In this document: positions 1-7,820 of the stretch, piece after piece
Position numbering within the stretch: position 1 is the first letter of the stretch
Layout of the letters: each line of letters begins with the position of its first letter
DNA from: an uncultured archaeon
Lineage (GTDB): Archaea; Thermoplasmatota; Penumbrarchaeia; JASLWR01
Reading direction: 5' to 3'
NCBI GenBank assembly: GCA_964342815.1
Contig: CAYFHS010000055.1
Location: 1 to 11,600, forward strand
Length of the DNA: 11,600 bases
The notes under the pieces: model-generated
What the model saw: the letters and a program-made list of their open reading frames with translations, nothing else
Database searches by the model: none
What the model was told of the DNA's origin: nothing
Program-made: the position numbers and the translations under genes

Positions 1-68
1 CCATCACTTGGAACCATCACTTGGAACCATCACTTGGAACCATCACTTGGAACCATCACTTGGAACCA
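1..68. repeat. 13-bp tandem array (CCATCACTTGGAA)n, truncated by the window start
   Basis: Five perfect copies at 1, 14, 27, 40 and 53, plus CCA at 66-68. It ends 4 bp from the helicase stop codon (73-75). Confidence 0.97.
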
Positions 69-72
69 CACC

Positions 73-3000
73 TCACGTAAAAAAGTTCACACCCATACCC
101 ACTACTTTGGAATATCTAACGTCATTGATCTTATCAGCAAATCTCTTCTCCGAGATCAGATACTTGGCCTTGCTTCGACAATCCTCGTGGAGGATCCCGA
201 CATGTCCTAATTTGTCTCGCTTGAAAATACACAAACCGTCGATGATTGCCCGGTACTGTCCAGATTTGTCTGAGTTGTGGTAGTTTTCACAGCATCGAGT
301 CTTTTTCCCTCCAACCGTCTTGCGGGAATGGTGCCAATTCATGCATTTCATGCATTTGGGTTGGTTCATGGCAAGTTTATATCCCTTGGATTTGAGCTCG
401 GGGCGCTCAAAAATGTTGTTCCAGCACTGCCTCTTGATATCCTTGGGTTGCATGTGCTCTGTGAATTTAGCGTGATAGCTGAAAATGGTGTCCAAGGTCT
501 CGCTTGTGGTGTAATAACTCTGGTTAAAGGTAAACTCGAACGTATCATTGCCGTTAAGTATCATTTTCCCGCCAGGCATGCGTTCCCAGACATCCTCATT
601 ATCTTGAATCTTAAGAATGGGAGGTAATGGCATGGACATCAGTCCAATCTTTTTCACACTCAAGTACCGACGAACTCGATAGTACCACTTGAGACATTCT
701 AGCTCGTACGTCGCACACTCGGGTCCAAGGTAGTCCCACGCGTTTGGGTCACAGCAGTCCAAGGGTTTTGTAAATTTAAAGGTTGAGTACTGCTTTCGTC
801 GACTCACATCTCCAATCCCCCCATCCGCTGCATCACTCGTCTTGCTGTTACAAACCACGACCATGGGACTGGTGTTGTTGAACTTGGCGTTCCGACTTTG
901 CTGCTTCTGATTCGTTTGCATCTGATTCCCGGTGACTAACTTTTTAAAGTTGGCCACCCCGATGTTGTCAATGAAACTGGATGGAGCATCTTCGCAGAAA
1001 ATGATGCCGTCGTGCTTGGACAACGACTCCCAGGCAAAGGTGTAACTCTCCCGGGCGTTATCCAGGGCATGGCGGTCATCAAATTTGTAGAAATATTTCA
1101 CCGTCATCCGAATATACATTGACTTCCCAGAGCCTGGAGCTCCATCCAGAAACATTGCCAGCTCCCAGTTGTCCTCCTGAATGGCAAAGTGGAGTCGACC
1201 TGTACAGGCCATGAGTAGCTCCTGGGTGCTAAAGGGGCAGTGTGGAGCGATTATCCATTCGGGATCGTAGGGCACGGCACCAAGGAGGTCCGATTTTTCG
1301 TCATCCTCATCAAGCAACTGCTTGGCCTCGTGTTTCCCCAGCTGCTTCTCCAGACCAAGACCTTTGGCATTCTCCTCCGTGACTTTGATCTTTCGATCCG
1401 AGGGGAAGTGGAAAACCAGAAATTTCGGAATGTGCTTTAATGATTGGTACACAATATGTTCATACTTGCAGTCACGCCAAAAGAGGCAGTAGGTGTAGCT
1501 GTCAATTGGTGGGGCCTCCCCCACATGGAATTGCAAGATGGGTTCATTTGGTGTATTTGATTCAGCACCATAAAAAACGGGTGTCTTAATGTCCAGGTAA
1601 CCGTCTTGATATAAGATAAAGTTACGCGACGTGTGTTTGAAGAGGGGAAACAAGTCAAAGGCCTTGTTGTCCAGATGTTTGACAATCTTCTCATCCACAC
1701 CAGGTGCTGATCCTTGGGCCAAGGATGCAATCGCCAAGGTCACAAACTCTTCTATTTTCATGCAGGGAACCATTGCCCCTGGCACACGTTCATGGAGGCG
1801 ATAGACAAACCCTCGGCCCTTGATACGTCGGTAGCCACGAAAGTAGGCACACCGCAGAACATGGCTGAGGCAGCTCCGATAGGCGGCATCGCCAGTAGGA
1901 TTTCGAAGCGTTTTTGTGCAGAGAATGAATGGAAAGGAGTCGCGGTTAGCACCGACGGTAAGATCAGCCTTGGTCTGAAACTGCAAGTACTCATTTTGGT
2001 CATCCACATCTAATGACATTGCTGATGATTCCTCCAGGGCTTCCATTGATACATCCATTGATGCCTGCACCTCCAGGGCTTCCATTGATACATCCATTAA
2101 CATTGGCTTACTCGGATGGTCCTCCAATAAAACCTGATCCTCCAATATAGCGGTCTGAATTCCGTTCATATCTGTTATTACGTCCAAGGCAAGATACTGA
2201 AGTACTTCCTTGGGCAACATCGCGGTTAAGAGATCACGGAGTTGTCGTCTGAGCCCACCTGATTTACAATCCAGTACAACGTCCATAAGTGAAATGACTT
2301 GTTCGGCAAATTCGGATTCCATCGGTAGGTACTGAAGCTGATTGAATAGAGCATAACGAATCGGGGTTTCCTTGATGTCAAGGACGTCCGGACCCGACCC
2401 GAATATGTTTTCGCGGGTGGACTCGGATTTTTCCTCATCACACTTGGATTTTTCCACATCATATTCAACATCAAACTCTACAAATCGCCGCTGAACGGCA
2501 GGTACGAGACCAATCCGGAGCTTGGCTAGGGTGAAGGGATCTTTGTTGATGTAGTTACGCAAAAGTTCCAAGGGGGAAACTTTTCTTCCTTTGTGTGCTC
2601 TTAACAAGTCCGTCATCACCTTGGTGGCTTGGCTGATGATGTCTTGCAGATCTGTGGCCATTAGGTCATTAATATCGGAATTTGATTTGAGGTCATTAAT
2701 ATCGGAATTTGATTTGAGGTCGTCGATGATGGAATTGATGGAATATGGCTCGTGGTCTAAACAACGACGTTTTTTGTCTCGTTCCCCCATATTTTCGACC
2801 ACATGTTCCACGACATCTTCGCTCCTGTGCCTTTTCAAGAAACGAGTGAACTTGGCTTGCTGCCTACGTTTCCAATTATCGTACTTGGCTCCATCACCCA
2901 GCCAGATGTCTTTCAAGTGCCAAAAGGCATTCCATTTAGCTTCCTTTGGAATTACATCAACGAGAAAGTCGTGAGAGTTGTACTCCCACAGAGCTAGCAA

Positions 3001-3909
3001 GTCAAAATACAGTTGAATAAGCCTGACATCCTCGGCTCTACATAACGCTCCATACAACGAATTGTACATGCTCTGGATGCAATATTCACGATTGGGGCAG
3101 AGGGGCATGTTAGAAATCAGCTCCTTGATTTCCATGACTTTTATAAACACCTCGCAGGTATCACCCGTCATGTTGAACCAATCACGGTCATCTCTCCTTT
3201 CAATAATTTCCATGAAGGATATTTCCGTGTTATCATCAGTTGTATTGCCAGTACAAAACCAGCTGGTGTCTGGGTCCATCAGGGCGGTTTCAAGGTTCAG
3301 TGGTGCACCACCATTAACACTTTTAGGAGCACGAATGGCTTCCGCCAACACCTTGGCCGCCAAGATTTGTATGGCTTGGTCGTGTTCGATACCCAACCAT
3401 CTCCAGAACTTGTCGGCCTGAATTTGTCTACCATCGACCACATACATGTAGTCCTTGTCCGGAGTGAAGGAATAGTTGATTCCTTCTTCTTTAAAAACAA
3501 TGTCATTATGAATCATGGCCACGAGATTAAAAATTTCATCGCCGTACAAGGTTTTCTTAGCTTTTGAGTTTTGATCAAAGTAATTAAACCAAGTATCCGT
3601 CGTATGAATAGCGTTGAAAATATAACCTGGGTATGGTAGGTCGACCCTATGGTCCACTGGAATGGATGGGAGAGAGCCGGAAAGATAATCACATGCTCGC
3701 TTTAGCTCATCATGGGTAATATCCCCCAAGTCATCTTCAACTCCCTCCTCCTTATCCAACAGGGTTTTGACAGCCTCGTAGATCTCTTGATAGTCCTTAA
3801 TTTCTTTCTTGATGAGACATGGTTTATCCTCCACCATCAAACGTTTTTGCAAGGTGGTAATTAAACTCAGAACGTAGCATTTCATGCCTTTCTCATGATC
3901 TAGATTCAA
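73..3909 (-). CDS. D5-like superfamily-3 (SF3) helicase of NCLDV/phycodnavirus type, with long N-terminal extension and C-terminal Cys/His motif
   Basis: Uninterrupted 1,278-codon ORF. Walker A GAPGSGKS (1120-1143), Walker B-like GIIFCED (988-1008), motif C VVVCN (847-861), arginine-finger-like SRR. The segments GRLHFAIQEDNWELAMFLDG, YFRGYRRIKG...KIEEFV and FPLFKHTSRNFILYQDG resemble phycodnavirus D5-like helicases as I recall them. The track start at 3909 is TTG; the first ATG is at 3885. Confidence 0.88.
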   Translation of the reverse strand: MNLDHEKGMKCYVLSLITTLQKRLMVEDKPCLIKKEIKDYQEIYEAVKTLLDKEEGVEDDLGDITHDELKRACDYLSGSLPSIPVDHRVDLPYPGYIFNAIHTTDTWFNYFDQNSKAKKTLYGDEIFNLVAMIHNDIVFKEEGINYSFTPDKDYMYVVDGRQIQADKFWRWLGIEHDQAIQILAAKVLAEAIRAPKSVNGGAPLNLETALMDPDTSWFCTGNTTDDNTEISFMEIIERRDDRDWFNMTGDTCEVFIKVMEIKELISNMPLCPNREYCIQSMYNSLYGALCRAEDVRLIQLYFDLLALWEYNSHDFLVDVIPKEAKWNAFWHLKDIWLGDGAKYDNWKRRQQAKFTRFLKRHRSEDVVEHVVENMGERDKKRRCLDHEPYSINSIIDDLKSNSDINDLKSNSDINDLMATDLQDIISQATKVMTDLLRAHKGRKVSPLELLRNYINKDPFTLAKLRIGLVPAVQRRFVEFDVEYDVEKSKCDEEKSESTRENIFGSGPDVLDIKETPIRYALFNQLQYLPMESEFAEQVISLMDVVLDCKSGGLRRQLRDLLTAMLPKEVLQYLALDVITDMNGIQTAILEDQVLLEDHPSKPMLMDVSMEALEVQASMDVSMEALEESSAMSLDVDDQNEYLQFQTKADLTVGANRDSFPFILCTKTLRNPTGDAAYRSCLSHVLRCAYFRGYRRIKGRGFVYRLHERVPGAMVPCMKIEEFVTLAIASLAQGSAPGVDEKIVKHLDNKAFDLFPLFKHTSRNFILYQDGYLDIKTPVFYGAESNTPNEPILQFHVGEAPPIDSYTYCLFWRDCKYEHIVYQSLKHIPKFLVFHFPSDRKIKVTEENAKGLGLEKQLGKHEAKQLLDEDDEKSDLLGAVPYDPEWIIAPHCPFSTQELLMACTGRLHFAIQEDNWELAMFLDGAPGSGKSMYIRMTVKYFYKFDDRHALDNARESYTFAWESLSKHDGIIFCEDAPSSFIDNIGVANFKKLVTGNQMQTNQKQQSRNAKFNNTSPMVVVCNSKTSDAADGGIGDVSRRKQYSTFKFTKPLDCCDPNAWDYLGPECATYELECLKWYYRVRRYLSVKKIGLMSMPLPPILKIQDNEDVWERMPGGKMILNGNDTFEFTFNQSYYTTSETLDTIFSYHAKFTEHMQPKDIKRQCWNNIFERPELKSKGYKLAMNQPKCMKCMNWHHSRKTVGGKKTRCCENYHNSDKSGQYRAIIDGLCIFKRDKLGHVGILHEDCRSKAKYLISEKRFADKINDVRYSKVVGMGVNFFT
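2031..2098. repeat. In-frame 39-bp-period duplication in the helicase ORF (MDVSMEALE x2)
   Basis: CCTCCAGGGCTTCCATTGATACATCCATT (29 bp) is identical at 2031-2059 and 2070-2098. Confidence 0.95.
2663..2721. repeat. In-frame 27-bp tandem duplication in the helicase ORF (DLKSNSDIN x2)
   Basis: AGGTCATTAATATCGGAATTTGATTTG at 2663-2689 and 2690-2716, plus AGGTC. Confidence 0.95.
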
Positions 3910-4322
3910 CCAGCTTCAGACTTGCTTGGTGGGTATAGGCTCCGAAAATTCCTTCTTGGGTTGTAAAAGGCCGTCTTTATCTGGTGTGATTGAGAAGGAG
4001 CCTGAATGATTCGCTTTGCCTGGAAGACCGCAAGTTGATAGAGCTTCTCCTTGGGGACGTCTCCTCTCCAGAACAAGTGTTTCTTGTAACTCCGCACACA
4101 GTCGCGGAATATCGAGGATTTCGATAACTCAGTCCTCTCAGGCAAGATGACGGGGGAATTCGCTTGGGGTGGGGTAATCTCCGTGCTCCAACGACGTTGA
4201 GCCTCGGCCAGGTCGATTTCCAAGGTCGTACCCCATTCACCCCAATAGTCATACATCAAGTTGGAGATGTATTCGATGTCGGACTTGGAGTTGAGAAACT
4301 TGAGATGAGCGGTGATTGACAT
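3906..4322 (-). CDS. Hypothetical protein, 138 aa
   Basis: ATG preceded by an AT-rich leader (..AAATCCAAAATG), globular-looking composition, co-oriented with and abutting the helicase. No family recognised. Confidence 0.7.
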   Translation of the reverse strand: MSITAHLKFLNSKSDIEYISNLMYDYWGEWGTTLEIDLAEAQRRWSTEITPPQANSPVILPERTELSKSSIFRDCVRSYKKHLFWRGDVPKEKLYQLAVFQAKRIIQAPSQSHQIKTAFYNPRRNFRSLYPPSKSEAG

Positions 4323-4350
4323 TTTGGATTTCTAATTTTATTATACCATG

Positions 4351-4371
4351 ATTCCTAAATTATTTAGGAAT
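4351..4371. terminator. Perfect inverted repeat ATTCCTAAAT-T-ATTTAGGAAT, candidate hairpin 3'-end/polyadenylation signal
   Basis: 10-bp arms with a 1-nt centre, about 20 nt downstream of the minus-strand stop at 4393-4395. The function is inferred from the Mimiviridae hairpin polyadenylation rule. Confidence 0.45.
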
Positions 4372-4383
4372 GGGTTCAATTAA

Positions 4384-4391
4384 TCAATTTT
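4384..4391 (-). promoter_or_regulatory. AAAATTGA motif (Mimiviridae-type early promoter)
   Basis: Plus strand TCAATTTT reads AAAATTGA on the minus strand, about 60 nt upstream of the ATG at 4322. A near-copy TTAATTGA follows immediately. A chance match in AT-rich DNA is possible. Confidence 0.5.
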
Positions 4392-4392
4392 T

Positions 4393-4581
4393 TTACGCAC
4401 TTGGGATCCCTAATATGCAACAATAATACAACGTCCAATTTCCAAAACACGGGTCCCAAACGTATCCAAACTCAATGAGTCCCTGCCAGAGCAGGCACAA
4501 AACCTGTTCCAAGTACAAGCATTCACTTGGGGTTTTATAGTCGGAAGTTTGCAAAGTTCCGAGTGGCTCCGGTCGAGCCAT
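4393..4581 (-). pseudogene. Possible N-terminal remnant of an amino-(N6A/N4C) DNA methyltransferase
   Basis: The 62-aa ORF contains DYKTP...VWDPCFGN, resembling the Y-x-T-P motif X and D-P-x-x-G-x-G motif I. Removing one T (AATTGGA to AATGGA) gives DPCFGNG. No catalytic NPPY/DPPY motif follows. Confidence 0.3.
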
Positions 4582-4635
4582 ACGGAGTTTCTGACAGGTC
4601 CCTACACAAACTGAAGGTGTTAAAATAGTTCGTTG

Positions 4636-4657
4636 TATTTTATTTAATATTATTAAT
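4636..4657. promoter_or_regulatory. Pure A/T island upstream of the 4581 ATG
   Basis: 22 consecutive A/T bases, including the palindrome TTAATA-T-TATTAA, 55-75 nt upstream of the minus-strand ATG. Confidence 0.3.
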
Positions 4658-4987
4658 GATCAATCCTTGTGTCAGTAGCCGCAACTAGCTGAAGGTAAGA
4701 CTGATAGACTGAACAAAAGAGTGGTTGTATCCCATTGATAGGACATTTGTTTCTTCATCTTCAAAACGCTCTCGCTCTGTTGAGAAAATAAGATGAAATG
4801 CACACACAACAGTAACAATACACGCATACCTGATGGTGACTCCACTCAGGACGCGGCACAGAGGTATCCAGTCCATTTACTTTGCTTCTCCCTCTCTTTA
4901 CTGCACGTTCACGAGATGTCACGAGATGCTCCACAGTAGCAAGCCTTCCACTCACACAGTGGCACTTGGAGAATGAACGCCACAGCA

Positions 4988-5028
4988 CTCTGCTAGCTAC
5001 TAAACTCTCTGCTAGCTACTAAACTCTC
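4988..5028. repeat. 19-bp tandem duplication CTCTGCTAGCTACTAAACT x2
   Basis: Exact copies at 4988-5006 and 5007-5025, plus CTC. Confidence 0.93.
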
Positions 5029-5359
5029 CAACAGGTACCGGTTACCTTCTGTGCTACTCTGTAACCTTCCACACATACCATTGCTAGGTGAATTGTCGAC
5101 AACCATTTCGAACACACATACAAGATGAACAGCTCCAACGCAAAAAATCAAACACATCTGAAGGTGGTTGCACAGTTGAACTAGATTTGAAATCCCACAA
5201 CCTGTGCATTCTCTAAGACGAACGCCGGGGACACAGGATAACGACACGCAAGCTAAGGCAATCTCACCAATAAAGAGAGGAATGGTAGGAAGCTAGCTAT
5301 GACTCGGAGAAGGACCAAGTCTAAAGGATTGTCCCGAAAGGAAATCACGGCTTAGAAAG

Positions 5360-5977
5360 TCACGACACCCGATCGTACTGTATACCAAGCTTCTTCCAGA
5401 ACCCTTCCGATCCTTCCGCTATATTCCCAACACTGTTGATATTGAGGTACCGTACAAGCTTCGCCGCAATTCCGCACCCGCGAGCCCGTTCGTGGGTCCA
5501 AAGAATGGTGATATCATGGTTCTCTGGGTCATACACCATGAAGGTTGGCAACAAGCACCTAGTCAAGCACACATCACCTCTCATACTCTTCACAAACACT
5601 TTGTCCCTGTGCCCCTTTCGTAGAGAGCAGAATTGATGGTAAAACTCGTCGTCTTCCAACGAGAATCGGACGCTGTAGAGATTCCCCTCACGATAGGCTG
5701 CTGCAATGCAGTCCAGATCGGTGTAGAAGGGGTCTCTGCTGTGAACAAGCTCGTGGTAGATTGCGGCAAAGTCCTTTCCAGAAGTGATATTGAACACCTC
5801 GCCCTTCTCTTCCACTAGCGTTTTGAATTCACCTGGAGCAAACAATTCCTCCTCCTCCTCCTCCTCCTCCTCCTTGTTCCTCACGGTAGCCCCACGTATT
5901 ATCACGTTGGGGCACAACGAACATTTCCGGCTGGCGTCATCCAGGGTTCTGGCTCGTTTGGGAGCGGACTCCGCCAT
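5360..5977 (-). CDS. GNAT-family N-acetyltransferase, about 205 aa
   Basis: C-terminal ITILWTHERARGCGIA (acetyl-CoA-binding motif A, R-x-x-G-x-A) and GFWKKLG (motif B). The likely start is the ATG at 5977 (ACAATGG context, MAESAPKRAR with a basic NLS-like patch), not the track start at 6142. Confidence 0.8.
   Translation of the reverse strand: MAESAPKRARTLDDASRKCSLCPNVIIRGATVRNKEEEEEEEEELFAPGEFKTLVEEKGEVFNITSGKDFAAIYHELVHSRDPFYTDLDCIAAAYREGNLYSVRFSLEDDEFYHQFCSLRKGHRDKVFVKSMRGDVCLTRCLLPTFMVYDPENHDITILWTHERARGCGIAAKLVRYLNINSVGNIAEGSEGFWKKLGIQYDRVS
5847..5873. repeat. (TCC)9 trinucleotide repeat encoding poly-Glu in the GNAT protein
   Basis: Translates as KEEEEEEEEELF on the minus strand. Confidence 0.95.
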
Positions 5978-5982
5978 TGTAA

Positions 5983-6663
5983 CTGCAAAGGGAGGAAGAA
6001 CGCATTGGTTGGATAGAAACATGACGAGGGGGAATAAGCCAGACGGAGACGAAAACGTCGTGTGAAATAGCCACGAAAAAGGAGTCACATGAAGGGAAGT
6101 GGACGGATTTACACAAATACGAATACACACAATGTCGTTCATTGTGAGTCATGTAAGATAAAAACCAGCGCATGAAAGGCACCGCAACCCAACAGAGACG
6201 TGTAACACATACCCACACGTGTAACACATATGCACCCACACACACATATAATATACACACACATATGCCACATATGCACACACATGCACACATAATATGC
6301 ACACATAATAATTATGAACACACACATGCACACACATACACACACCTTAAACACAGTTACAGTCCAGCCTGGGGCGTGCTTGAGAACGCTCGTGTCGCCT
6401 TTCAGCGGGTTTGCTGTCCAATCCACGCAACACTGTTCGCAACGTCACAAAGCAGAACACTCACATGAGGGGAGGGGCTAGAGAAAGGAGGAGATGCGCG
6501 CAGAAGAAACAGCGCATATGTGAGCAGAGGAAGTAATTGTGATAGCACAGCCGCGAGTGAGTGACCGTTACCCACACCAACCGGTTACACACTGACCGAT
6601 AATATTATATCCTGATGTCGATGCTTTTCAGGGAGCGCTGAGGAGCGAAGTCACACAACTCAC
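5983..6663 (-). other. Predicted 5'-UTR spliceosomal intron of the GNAT gene
   Basis: Acceptor TTCTTCCTCCCTTTGCAG ends 5 nt before the ATG and is strong. Donor AAG|GTGAGT at 6663 matches consensus, but its pairing with this acceptor is inferred. Confidence 0.55.
6198..6345. repeat. Compound (CA)/(TA)/(CATG) alternating purine-pyrimidine microsatellite
   Basis: About 150 bp of ACACAC/ATAT/ATGCAC motifs, including ACGTGTAACACATA twice. It generates several spurious low-complexity ORFs. Confidence 0.9.
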
Positions 6664-6687
6664 CTTCGTAGTGAGGCACATCCACAG

Positions 6688-6750
6688 CTGGGGTCACGCA
6701 ACCTTCCACACTCCAGTGCTCGTGTAGAACGGCCACTTCGGAAGACTTAC
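6688..6750 (-). other. Possible first 5'-UTR intron of the GNAT transcript
   Basis: CCA|GTAAGT donor at 6750 and CCCCAG acceptor at 6688 would leave a 24-nt mini-exon (6687-6664). Confidence 0.35.
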
Positions 6751-7556
6751 TGGAAGTACTCGTAGTAACCTTACTCGTACTCGTAACCGGTTAGTAACTT
6801 AGTACGGAAAATGCGGTGTAAAAACCGTCAAGCCACCGTCACAAAACAAAGGAAAGGTTTTGCAGCACCATCATTGCCCCCGCTGCACCCTTACAAGGCC
6901 AGGGAACGACCACGGACAGGGCTGAGGCACAGCTGCTGGACCTGCTGGTGCTCTTCTGTGTGCTGCCCCACTCCTCCCCGTTGAATGGTATGGCCTTGTG
7001 TTTGCTGCGTCCCGTGGTTTCTTATTATTCATCTTTCGCGACTGGTAAATCTTACCTCGCTTCCATACATCGTACTTGGTACGGGGTAGTCGAAGTACGT
7101 GTACTTCCAAGTAGTGTGAGCATCGCAGTTGGAACATTAATGAAGACTGAGTGTAGAATTCTACAAAGTATGTTGCCCGCCTTGCTTGTTTTGTTGTATC
7201 GCAAGTATGTTACATTATGGCCTTTTTGTGCGGTGCTTTACTGAACGAATGATGAACTCGTATGTATGTACTTGTGACACTCGGGATTTCACACACGCGC
7301 GTGTGTTGTTGTCCACCCAATGAACGGGGTCATGCTGTTTGTGCCCTGTTTTTCACTCCCCCCTCAACCGTTTCCCGCTGTGTGCATGCATTGTTTTCAC
7401 ACAGCACTGATACTGGAATTATCTGGTGCCAGGCATGATATATGTGAAAGGGCTCGACTTGGTGTGTCCTTCCGTTTTGTTGTGGCACTGGTTGGCATCC
7501 GTGGAAGTATATTAATCTAATTATTCTGCGGCACCATAACCGCACAAGTCACAAAA

Positions 7557-7787
7557 GTAAGTAACACCAAGGTGTGTTGGGCCCCTGCCTGCCCCAATGG
7601 GCAATGGGCCCCGCCACAAAGGGAATGCCCCACTGCAAAGTGTGTCTCCCGTCCGATGTCGTGATGAGTCGATGACCCCTGTGCTTGTTGATGCGCTTCT
7701 TACGCTCGTGGAATCTACACAACTTGTTTAACCAACACGCGTTGTGTCTTATTCTTAGTCTTCTTATCCTCTGGCTGCACTCCGCAG
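7557..7787 (+). other. Predicted 5'-UTR intron of the LRR gene
   Basis: GTAAGT at 7557, then a pyrimidine-rich tract and TCCGCAG ending at 7787, 33 nt before the ATG at 7821. TATATTAA at 7508-7515 lies upstream. Confidence 0.55.
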
Positions 7788-7820
7788 GTGACGAACAAAC
7801 GCAGGGATTGCGTTATCAAC

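Larger units (their letters stand above)
73..4660 (-). mobile_element. Putative giant-virus-derived (NCLDV-like) gene cassette or endogenous viral element fragment
   Basis: D5-like helicase, co-oriented compact intronless ORFs, AT-rich intergenic islands, AAAATTGA motif and hairpin. No termini, integrase or capsid gene seen, so the boundaries are approximate. Confidence 0.5.

Noticed and set aside
8-283. 91-aa plus-strand ORF
   Set aside because: It begins in the 13-bp array and is antisense to the helicase; a repeat or shadow artefact.
2440-2490. FVEFDVEYD as a possible AEP primase motif I (hhhDxE)
   Set aside because: It sits in an acidic low-complexity stretch and I found no matching motif II (SxH) or III; only a profile search could revive it.
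277-3567. Many short ORFs overlapping the helicase on both strands
   Set aside because: Shadow ORFs of a long, motif-bearing CDS with no independent motifs.
4685-5247. Three short minus-strand ORFs (63-84 aa)
   Set aside because: Mostly non-ATG starts, no recognisable motifs, and one runs into the 19-bp duplication.
5978-6142. 55-aa N-terminal extension of the GNAT in the ORF track
   Set aside because: It spans a polypyrimidine tract and splice acceptor, so it is better explained as intron; the ATG at 5977 has the good context.
5937-6468. Cys/Val- and His/Thr-rich ORFs
   Set aside because: Translations of the CA/TG microsatellite.
7152-7165. GTAGA/TCTAC arms resemble a Cas12a repeat stem or a heat-shock element
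   Set aside because: The arm order and spacing do not match either, and there is no repeat-spacer array or cas gene.
6811-7545. Short ORFs on both strands, including a 57-aa ATG ORF at 6811 and a CPRCT peptide
   Set aside because: No coherent domain or consistent splice model; a decayed gene cannot be excluded but is unsupported.
7578-7625. GC-rich GGGCCCC/TGCCC inverted motifs
   Set aside because: Stems are short and imperfect; no tRNA or terminator-like structure.
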